From: Planctomycetota bacterium
GTDB taxonomy: Bacteria; Planctomycetota; B15-G4; SIAN01
Assembly (NCBI GenBank): GCA_031409275.1
Contig: JANNXA010000014.1
Coordinates: 96,001-160,000 of the forward strand
Length of the DNA: 64,000 nt
Direction: 5' to 3'
Positions 13,488 through 20,915 of the stretch are shown piece by piece; position 1 is the first letter of the stretch, and every line of letters starts with the position of its first letter. The position numbers were made by a program, and so were the translations under genes. The notes below the pieces were generated by a model that made no database searches, had not been told where the DNA came from, and saw only the letters and a list, made by a program, of their open reading frames with translations.

Positions 13488-13997
13488 ATGCGCGCCAGCA
13501 CCGTCCTCTTCCTCGGCTTGTTCGGCAGCCTCGCGCTGATCGGACGCGCGCGAGATTCGATGCATCACGACCACTGCCGCGAAGTTCAGCGCGGCCGCGA
13601 CGTCGCCACGCCTGCAGTCCCGCCCGCACGCAGCGCGATCGTGCGCGCGCTCGAACGCGACCACGAGCAGCTCGCACAACGCTGCCGCGAACTCGACCGC
13701 TCCGTCCAGGCGGTCGATGGCTCGCTGCGAACGCTCCGCGATGTCGCCGCGCGCCCTGGTGGCGAAGCGGTGAGCGGCGAGCTCGCGGCCGTCGAAGCGG
13801 GGCGCGCGCAGCTGCAACGGATGCGCCAGTCCTGCGAAGCGCAGCGCGCGGCGCTCCACGCCCGCATCCAGCTCGCGCGTGCCGGAATCACCGAGCGCGC
13901 GCTCGAGCCGCTTGCCGACCCGATCGGCCCCATCGAGGCGCTGGATCAGCTAGAAGTCGAGCGCCGCGTCCGGCCGCTCACTTCGCGCGCGCGGTGA
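13488..13997 (+). CDS. Membrane-anchored coiled-coil protein
   Basis: GGAG RBS; N-terminal TM then heptad-rich helices. Confidence 0.6.
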   Translation: MRASTVLFLGLFGSLALIGRARDSMHHDHCREVQRGRDVATPAVPPARSAIVRALERDHEQLAQRCRELDRSVQAVDGSLRTLRDVAARPGGEAVSGELAAVEAGRAQLQRMRQSCEAQRAALHARIQLARAGITERALEPLADPIGPIEALDQLEVERRVRPLTSRAR

Positions 13998-15174
13998 CTC
14001 GCAAGAGCGCCGGTTCAGCGCTGAGAGCCGTCACCAGCGTCACGGTTCCCTCGATCTTGCCCGCCGCGGACGCCACGAGCTTCAGCTTCAGCAGGTAGCA
14101 GTGCCGTTCGAGATCGAGCGTCGTCGAGAGCTCGAGTCCCGGGATGTCCGATTCGAGCTTCGAGATCACGGGAGCCTCGGTGCCGGGGAAGAAGAAGCGC
14201 ATCTCCTTCTCCGACTCCTCGCCGACGGCGACTGACCCGAAGCCGACGACGCCGCGCTCGAAGTACCAAGAAGGCACGATCTCGCCGCGCAGCGGGACGA
14301 GCAGTTCGCGGAAGTCCTTCGGCGCGTTCGGGCGGAAGACGACGGTCGACGCGAACGCCGGGATCGGGGTGTTGCCCTCCAGACGCGCGTGGAGCGTCGT
14401 CACCCAGTCGCGCGTTCCGCCGGTCACGGGCGTGATCGTCGGCTCATCCATCCACAGCTTGATCGGCAGGTCGTGGGTCACGAAGGGTGCGATCGTTGGC
14501 AGCGGCACGGCATCGTCGGGCAGGTGGAGCGTCACTCGCAGCGACGCTTCGCCGCTCTTTCCAGCCTCCACGCGCCCGAGGTCGAGTTGCTTGGGCTCGA
14601 CCAGGATGGTCGGCACCACCGAATAGCGGAACTCGACGCGCGGCTTTGAACGCGCCAGATCGGAGAAGTGCATCGTGACGGCGGTGTTCCGCTGTCCGGC
14701 AGTCGTTGCAGTGATGCGCGCCTTGAGCTTGACGAAACCGCCGGGCGGGATCATCGAGCGATCGTGCTCCAACGTCAGGCAGCGGCACTCGCTGTGGACG
14801 TAGACGATGTTGAACGGACGGTCGCTGCGGTTCTTGACCGCAAACTCGAGCTCGACGACCTCGTTGGGTTCGAGGACACCGAGCTCGAAATTCGGCGGCT
14901 CGATGAGGTAGGCCGAGTCGTCCTTGACCTTGCCCCTCTCGCTGGCGACCAGGACGCGAGTGGGAGGCAGATCGCGCGTCGACGCGGAAGGCGGGGCGTC
15001 CGCCGCCGAGACGTCATCGCCGCCCTCGAGCGGCGCGTTGGCCACTGGCGCCGGAGCGGGTGCCGCGTTGGAGCGCTGCGTCGAAGGCTCCTCTCCGCAC
15101 GCTGACAAGAGGCCCAGGAGCGTCAGAGCGGCCGCGGGGATGGTTCGCAGGAGGGATCGCATGAAGTTCCTCAT
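13978..15174 (-). CDS. DUF1573 Ig-like lipoprotein (paralog A)
   Basis: Lipobox LSAC; F.VKN.SDRP..I..VHSECRC...IPPGG; repeated LDLG/FG Ig starts; ATGA overlap. Confidence 0.8.
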   Translation of the reverse strand: MRNFMRSLLRTIPAAALTLLGLLSACGEEPSTQRSNAAPAPAPVANAPLEGGDDVSAADAPPSASTRDLPPTRVLVASERGKVKDDSAYLIEPPNFELGVLEPNEVVELEFAVKNRSDRPFNIVYVHSECRCLTLEHDRSMIPPGGFVKLKARITATTAGQRNTAVTMHFSDLARSKPRVEFRYSVVPTILVEPKQLDLGRVEAGKSGEASLRVTLHLPDDAVPLPTIAPFVTHDLPIKLWMDEPTITPVTGGTRDWVTTLHARLEGNTPIPAFASTVVFRPNAPKDFRELLVPLRGEIVPSWYFERGVVGFGSVAVGEESEKEMRFFFPGTEAPVISKLESDIPGLELSTTLDLERHCYLLKLKLVASAAGKIEGTVTLVTALSAEPALLRVTARAK

Positions 15175-16334
15175 CGAACTTTCGCACGTACGGGCAACAG
15201 CATGGGCTCGGTGGACGCCTCGATCGCGATCCTGACCTCGCCCTCGAACTCGCCGGCCGCGGTTGCGAGGAACGTCACCTGCACGCGCAGCGAGCGGCCG
15301 CTCGTCCCCGATTCCGGCAGGGCTTGCGCCTCGAGCTCCGGGCATGAGGTCGTCACGCTCGTGACTTTTGGCGCTTCTTTGACCCAGACTAGCCGCACCG
15401 TGCCACGTCGTGTTTTGCCAATCTCGGCGACGCCGAGGTGGAGTTCCGCGGGATCAAGGTACATGCCTCCGTGCACGCTCCCGGTGAGCGGGAGCTTCGC
15501 CCGACGGTGTCCGGGCGCATCGAAGATCAGTTCGCTGCGGAACGCCGCCAGCGTGCTGCCGCAGTCGAGTTCGAGGCGCAACGGCTGATCCACTTGCGCG
15601 ATTCCGCCGGGCAGCTCGGTCAACGCCGCTTGCCCCAGCACGATGCGGATCGGCAGCACCGCCGCCAGCCGCGGTGCGAACGTCAACGGCGAGACCCCCG
15701 AGGGAAGCTGGTAGCGGACGCGAAGGTCGACCACGGCGGGAGCGCCGACGACGCGCTGACCGAAGTCAGCGCGCGCCGGATCGAAGCGCAGCTCCGGCTC
15801 GATCGAGTAGCGGATGGCGACGCGATGCGTGGTGACCACGCGATCGTTCGCCTGCACGAAGGCGGTCAACAACTTGTTGCCGCGGTTCTCCGCGCGAATC
15901 GTCGTGGAGACTCGTCGGCGGCCGCCCGGCGCCAGGTCGCCGCGCTCGTAGGCGAACGCGACGCAGTCGCATGACCCGTCGATGTTCACGAGCCGCAGCG
16001 GCCGCGCGTCGAGGTTCACGATCTCGAATGAACAGGCGGCGTCTTCGTCGGGACGAAGCACCCCGAGGTCGATCTCGGCGGGCTCCACCGCGAAGGCATA
16101 TGGATCCGCATCGCTCACCACCTGCTTGCCGCGAGGATCATTGGAATGGCGCGCCGCCGGGGCGGGAGTCTCGCCGGCGCCGGCCGCGTCGGGCTCTTTC
16201 GTTGCGGTCGTCGTCGAAACGACGGGCTCCGCGGCCGGCGGCGCCACCGGATCGACTTCGGGCTTGTCGCACCCGACGCCGGCGAGCAACCACGTGAACA
16301 GAAGGCGGCAGCGGCGCCGAGTCCGGTCGTTCAC
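15171..16334 (-). CDS. DUF1573 Ig-like lipoprotein (paralog B)
   Basis: GVGC lipobox; IDLG..F.IVN...GSCDC...LAPGG; GTGA overlap; collinear with paralog A. Confidence 0.8.
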   Translation of the reverse strand: MNDRTRRRCRLLFTWLLAGVGCDKPEVDPVAPPAAEPVVSTTTATKEPDAAGAGETPAPAARHSNDPRGKQVVSDADPYAFAVEPAEIDLGVLRPDEDAACSFEIVNLDARPLRLVNIDGSCDCVAFAYERGDLAPGGRRRVSTTIRAENRGNKLLTAFVQANDRVVTTHRVAIRYSIEPELRFDPARADFGQRVVGAPAVVDLRVRYQLPSGVSPLTFAPRLAAVLPIRIVLGQAALTELPGGIAQVDQPLRLELDCGSTLAAFRSELIFDAPGHRRAKLPLTGSVHGGMYLDPAELHLGVAEIGKTRRGTVRLVWVKEAPKVTSVTTSCPELEAQALPESGTSGRSLRVQVTFLATAAGEFEGEVRIAIEASTEPMLLPVRAKVR

Positions 16335-16702
16335 GGACGCGCATCCGGAGCGCTGCTGCCAGCGAGTTCGGCGAGCAGACGTGGCAGCTCGGCGGCGAGA
16401 TGGGAGCGCGCGATAGCGGCGCGACAACCAGCGGCCCGCGCCTGCGCGAGCAACTCGACGCGCCCGTGCGAGGCGAACGCGATGGTCGGCATGCGACCCG
16501 CGAGCTTCGGCAATCCGGCGAGCGCCGCCGGGCCGGCCGACTCGAGATCGATCAGGCAACCGCGAGCGGCGATCGTGCCGCCTTCCTTGGGAAGGTCGCT
16601 GAGGCAGAGCACCGGCCAGCCTCCCGCGCGCGCAGTCGCCTCGATCTTCGCGCGGAAGAAGAAGTCCTGCACCAGCACGAGGATCGGGGCTGCACGGTCC
16701 AT
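16331..16702 (-). CDS. Degenerate stand-alone receiver (CheY-like) domain protein
   Basis: ILVLVQDFFFRAKI, LIDL, IAFASH, AQARAAGC. Confidence 0.7.
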   Translation of the reverse strand: MDRAAPILVLVQDFFFRAKIEATARAGGWPVLCLSDLPKEGGTIAARGCLIDLESAGPAALAGLPKLAGRMPTIAFASHGRVELLAQARAAGCRAAIARSHLAAELPRLLAELAGSSAPDARP

Positions 16703-16868
16703 ACGTCGTTTCCCGTTCGCCACCCCTGCCGGCTCGGGGCGATCGCGGCCCGCCCTGTCGACACGCGGGAAGCCGCATGTTCAACGGATGGCGGGCCGCA
16801 CGAGCCACGGCCGCAACGCTGTCTCGCTGCCTCGCTGCGACGGCGCGCCGCAGAAAGGCCTCGATCGA

Positions 16869-17225
16869 TCAGTCGGGGATCGTCAGTTCCTGCCCGACCT
16901 TGATCTGGTCCTTGTTGTTGATGCTGGCGCGATTCGCTTCAAGGATCTTCCGCCACTGCGCCTGATCGTTGTAGTACTCACGTGCAAGGCTGAAGAGCGT
17001 GTCGCCCTTCTTCACGACATGCGTGCGAGTGGCTGCCGGCGCGCCGACCGCCGACGACGAACCGGCCGGCGACTCCGGCGGTGGATTGCGCCACGACGAT
17101 TCGTGGCCGGAATCCGGATCCGAGGGCAGATCCTCCGGGATCGTCTGATCATTCGACCCATTGCTCTTGCACGCGGCCAACGCCAGCAGTGCCGCCGCCC
17201 ACATTCCCTTCGAACGCAAGTTCAT
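16869..17225 (-). CDS. LysM peptidoglycan-binding lipoprotein
   Basis: LAAC lipobox; HVVKKGDTLFSLAREYY...W..I..AN...IKVGQELTIP. Confidence 0.92.
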   Translation of the reverse strand: MNLRSKGMWAAALLALAACKSNGSNDQTIPEDLPSDPDSGHESSWRNPPPESPAGSSSAVGAPAATRTHVVKKGDTLFSLAREYYNDQAQWRKILEANRASINNKDQIKVGQELTIPD

Positions 17226-17329
17226 CGCCAACTCTCCCCGTCCCATTCGCACCCGCACGGACCATCCGGCGTAGCGCGATCGCCAAGGAGCGGGATTGTA
17301 GCAGCGCGACGAGACCAGAGCGGAAGGCT

Positions 17330-18223
17330 TCAGCGATCGACTTCACCGGCGCCAAGTTCCGGACCGGAAACCTCTTCGCCGACCAGCATGCTGCGCAGCC
17401 TCTGCATCAGGAGCTGGCGATTGGTGTCGCCGCGGGTGCGATGGATCTGCACGAGGTTGCGCAGCATCCGCAACAGCATCGCCCCATCGGACACCGGCAT
17501 CAGGTGGCTCGGGTCGTACTCGACCTGCCGCTCCTCGAGCAGCTGAACGCACTCCGCCTCCCCGAGCACGCGCCCACCGTGGAACGGGTCGAGGAAGCGT
17601 CCCGGCTCTTGGGTGCCGTATCGGACCACGAAATGGCCCGGCAGGCCAATGCCGATCAACGGCAGCTGCAGGCGCCTCGCCACGAAGAGGTAGATCGCAG
17701 AGAGAGCGATCGGGATGCCGACCCGCCGCTCGAGCACGAGGTGGATGAACCAGTTGTCGGGGTCGTAGTAGTTCCTCGGAGCGCCTTGGAAGCCGATCTC
17801 CCGGCCCAGGAAGCGACTCAGCGCGTCGACGACCTCGGTGGGGTCACGCTTCGTCCCGAGACGCGCGGCGAACCCGTCCGCCAACCGATCGAGCGCCACC
17901 CTGACGGTGCTTGCGTCGAGCTCGAAGTCGCGCGTTCGCGCCAGCAGAACGCAGCCAGCCTCGAGCGCCGACTCGTCGCGATCGATGCGCTCTCCGAGGA
18001 GCCGCATCTCGCCTTCGAGGACGCAACCGCGCACCTCGTCGCGGGCGAGACGCGCTCGGCCGCGCAACTTCGCGTCGGGGGAGTCGATCGCTTCGTCGAG
18101 GTACGACAGCGCCTTCGCACCGTGCTCGCGCAGCGCTCGACGCGCTTCCTCGACGACTCGCGGATTTGCGTCCGAGAGCAGAGAAACCACGGCGCGAACC
18201 CGCGCTGGATCCGGACGGTGCAT
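17330..18223 (-). CDS. SirB1/transglutaminase-like (Transglut_core2) protein
   Basis: GFQG...YYDPDN, VLERRVGIPIALS, GIGLPGHFVV, FLDPFHGG, LLRMLRNL. Confidence 0.9.
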   Translation of the reverse strand: MHRPDPARVRAVVSLLSDANPRVVEEARRALREHGAKALSYLDEAIDSPDAKLRGRARLARDEVRGCVLEGEMRLLGERIDRDESALEAGCVLLARTRDFELDASTVRVALDRLADGFAARLGTKRDPTEVVDALSRFLGREIGFQGAPRNYYDPDNWFIHLVLERRVGIPIALSAIYLFVARRLQLPLIGIGLPGHFVVRYGTQEPGRFLDPFHGGRVLGEAECVQLLEERQVEYDPSHLMPVSDGAMLLRMLRNLVQIHRTRGDTNRQLLMQRLRSMLVGEEVSGPELGAGEVDR

Positions 18224-18483
18224 CGTCCTACTCCGCGTCAACCCCAGTTGTGACGAGCCGGATCTATAACGCCGCTGCGAGAAGCCACAAGCAGTTCGCT
18301 CCAAGTCGCGCTCCGGGCCGCGCCCGCCCCGGGGAGCCGCATCGGAAGGATCGCGAGCCCGCGTGACTCATCCTCCCGTGCGAGGCGACGGGAGGTCGGC
18401 GCAGGACGAAGCGGGAAATCGCGGCTCCGACGAGGTCATGCGTCGACCGCCCGAGCCGCAGCAGGGGCTCGAGATCAAGCGGG

Positions 18484-19275
18484 CTAGAGACCGGCCGCTT
18501 TCGCCGCCTGCCAGGCGCGCTCCATCTCCTCGAGCGGCGCGCCGGGCAGGCGCCCCGCCAATGCCTGCTCGACGTGTCGAAAGCGCTGGTCGAAGCGCTG
18601 ATTGGCCTCACGCATCGCCTGGTCGGCGTCGACGTCGAGCTTGCGCGCCACGTTCACGACGGAGAAGAGGAGGTCCCCGAGTTCCGCCGTGAAGCGCGCG
18701 CGGGTCGCGGTGCCGACGCGCTCCGCCTCGAGTTCCTCGATCTCCTCGCGCACCTTGGCCAGCGCTCCATCGACGTCCGGCCAATCGAATCCCAGCTTGG
18801 CGGCCTTCTTGCCGAGCTTCTGCGCACGCGCGAGCGCGGACAACCGCTGCGGCACCTCGTCCAGACGTGAATGGATGGCGCCCGAAGCGTCGCCCCGAGC
18901 CGCCCGCTCGGCATCCTTGATCCGGTCCCATTGCGAGAGCACCTGCGCCGAGTCGCGCGCCGTCGCCTCGCCGAAGACGTGCGGGTGGCGATGGATCAGC
19001 TTCTCGCGGATGCGCTGCGCGATCTGCGCAAGGTCGAAGGCGCCGGCCTGCTCGGCGATGCGCCCCATCAGGAAGACGTTCATGAGCAGGTCGCCAAGTT
19101 CCTCGCAGATCGACTCGGCGACGCCGAGCGCGACCGCATCGGCGACCTCGGCGGCCTCCTCCTGCGCGCACGGTGCCATCGTCGCGAGCGTCTGCTCGCG
19201 ATCCCACGGGCAGCCGTCGCGCAATCGATCGACGACTTCGAGCAGGCGCGTAAGCTCGACGATGCGTGGGTCCAT
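18484..19275 (-). CDS. mazG: Nucleoside triphosphate pyrophosphohydrolase
   Basis: CPWDREQT, EELGDLL, KLIHRHPHVF, GFDW, ELGDLLF; two MazG domains. Confidence 0.96.
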   Translation of the reverse strand: MDPRIVELTRLLEVVDRLRDGCPWDREQTLATMAPCAQEEAAEVADAVALGVAESICEELGDLLMNVFLMGRIAEQAGAFDLAQIAQRIREKLIHRHPHVFGEATARDSAQVLSQWDRIKDAERAARGDASGAIHSRLDEVPQRLSALARAQKLGKKAAKLGFDWPDVDGALAKVREEIEELEAERVGTATRARFTAELGDLLFSVVNVARKLDVDADQAMREANQRFDQRFRHVEQALAGRLPGAPLEEMERAWQAAKAAGL

Positions 19276-19307
19276 GCAGTCAGCTCCCGATCACACGGAG
19301 GCGGCGG

Positions 19308-19637
19308 ATGATGCGCTTCGATCCAATGGCTGTCGACTGGAAGCCGACCAGGCGGCGCGGCATCTACGTCGAGCAGCTCTGGACCGACCCGGCGAACGGC
19401 GATGCCGCGGTGCTCGTGCGCATGGATCCGGGCTGCACCTATCCGCGCCACCGCCACGTGCGCGAGGAGGACGTCTTCGTCCTGCAAGGCGGCTTCCGCG
19501 ACGAAGAGGGCGAGTACGCCTGCGGGACGTTCCGCCGCTTTCCGGCCGGCTCGGTCCATGAACCGGTAGCGCTCGCCGGCGACACTCCGTGCGTGCTCTT
19601 CTCCGTGGCTCGCGGCGGCATCGAGCGGGTCGGCTGA
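19308..19637 (+). CDS. ChrR-like cupin domain protein
   Basis: LVRMDPG..YPRHRH..EE.FVLQG.F.D; PAGSVH.P. Confidence 0.85.
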   Translation: MMRFDPMAVDWKPTRRRGIYVEQLWTDPANGDAAVLVRMDPGCTYPRHRHVREEDVFVLQGGFRDEEGEYACGTFRRFPAGSVHEPVALAGDTPCVLFSVARGGIERVG

Positions 19638-19661
19638 ATCGAGCGGCTCGCGGCGAGGCGC

Positions 19662-20915
19662 TCACTCCCGCCAGCGTTGCGCCTCGGGAGTGAACTCGGT
19701 GCGCACCAGACCGCTCGGCGCATCACGCGACGAGATCGTGCCGTCTCCATCGAGGTCGAGACGGCGGAACATCGAGCTGCGACCGGGGTATTCGGCCCGC
19801 GCGATGGAGCCGTTGCCGTCGAGGTCGTAGCGAGTGAAGCAGTCGTCGAAAGCGGCGAGCGGTCCTTCGACGCGAGCGGCAGTGACGGCCGTCTCGAGTT
19901 CGCGCAGATCGAGATCGCCGTCGCCGTTCTCGTCGAACCGGATGCGCGTCGCCGCGAAGCGCGCGAGTTCGATCGTCGATAGGCTCCGGTCGCGATCGCG
20001 ATCGAGGAGCTGCATCGCCGTCTTGGCATCGGCCGCCAGGATCATCGGATAGGGGCCGCCGAATGCCCGCGAGCGCGGCAGCTCGGTCCGGTCGAGCGAA
20101 CCGTCGCCGCTGCGATCGAACAGCTCGATCAGGGGCGTCGGGATCCCGAGCTCCTTGACCGAGACCCCGCCGTTCTTGTCGCGATCGAGCTTGATGAAAA
20201 GCGCTCGCCGGTCCACGGCTAGGGGCAGCAACGACAGCTCGCCAGCGGAAAGGAGGTCGTTGCCGTCAAGGTCGGCGCGCGCATGGGCGAGGCGCGTGAG
20301 CTCGCCCGCATCGAAGCGGCCGTCGCGATCACGATCGAACCGATGCAGGTCACCGCCGCCGACGATCAGCCCCCACTCGAGCGCGGGGTTCGCGGTGCCG
20401 AAACTCGCTTGGGAGCGCGCGACGGGCGCGCGCAGCGCGACGAGGTAGTCGACGATGACGCGCGCTTCCTTGTCGCTGATCGCGGCGTCCTTCTTCTCGC
20501 GCATGCGGCGCACGGTGTCGGCCCAACCCGCCGCGCTCTTCGCCGAGCGCTCGACGCGAGTCTCGTCATGGCAGGCAAGACAACGGCGCTCGAACACTTC
20601 GTTCTTCGTGACCAGAGTTCCGATCGCGACCAGCAGGCGGTCGGGAGCCACCGCTTCGCTCGCCGGTTTGAGCGGCGGCGCTTTCGCGCTGCGGCCGAGC
20701 TCACCGGTCGAAAGCCAGCCATCGAGATCGACGTCCAGCGACACGAACGTCGTCCCCGACCCCTTCCACTCCGACCGGCCGACGAACCCGTTGCCGTCGG
20801 TGTCGAGCGTCTTCAGGAACTGGCGCCCTGCCGCGCTCTCGCCCTGCGCCGCCGCCACCGAGGCGCAGAAAACGATGACGAGCGCGCTGGCCAGCATCGA
20901 CGGCGGCTGCATCAT
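19662..20915 (-). CDS. Secreted multi-EF-hand protein with one c-type heme
   Basis: Signal peptide; ten DxDxDG-like loops; CLACH followed by W..TVRRM. Confidence 0.8.
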   Translation of the reverse strand: MMQPPSMLASALVIVFCASVAAAQGESAAGRQFLKTLDTDGNGFVGRSEWKGSGTTFVSLDVDLDGWLSTGELGRSAKAPPLKPASEAVAPDRLLVAIGTLVTKNEVFERRCLACHDETRVERSAKSAAGWADTVRRMREKKDAAISDKEARVIVDYLVALRAPVARSQASFGTANPALEWGLIVGGGDLHRFDRDRDGRFDAGELTRLAHARADLDGNDLLSAGELSLLPLAVDRRALFIKLDRDKNGGVSVKELGIPTPLIELFDRSGDGSLDRTELPRSRAFGGPYPMILAADAKTAMQLLDRDRDRSLSTIELARFAATRIRFDENGDGDLDLRELETAVTAARVEGPLAAFDDCFTRYDLDGNGSIARAEYPGRSSMFRRLDLDGDGTISSRDAPSGLVRTEFTPEAQRWRE

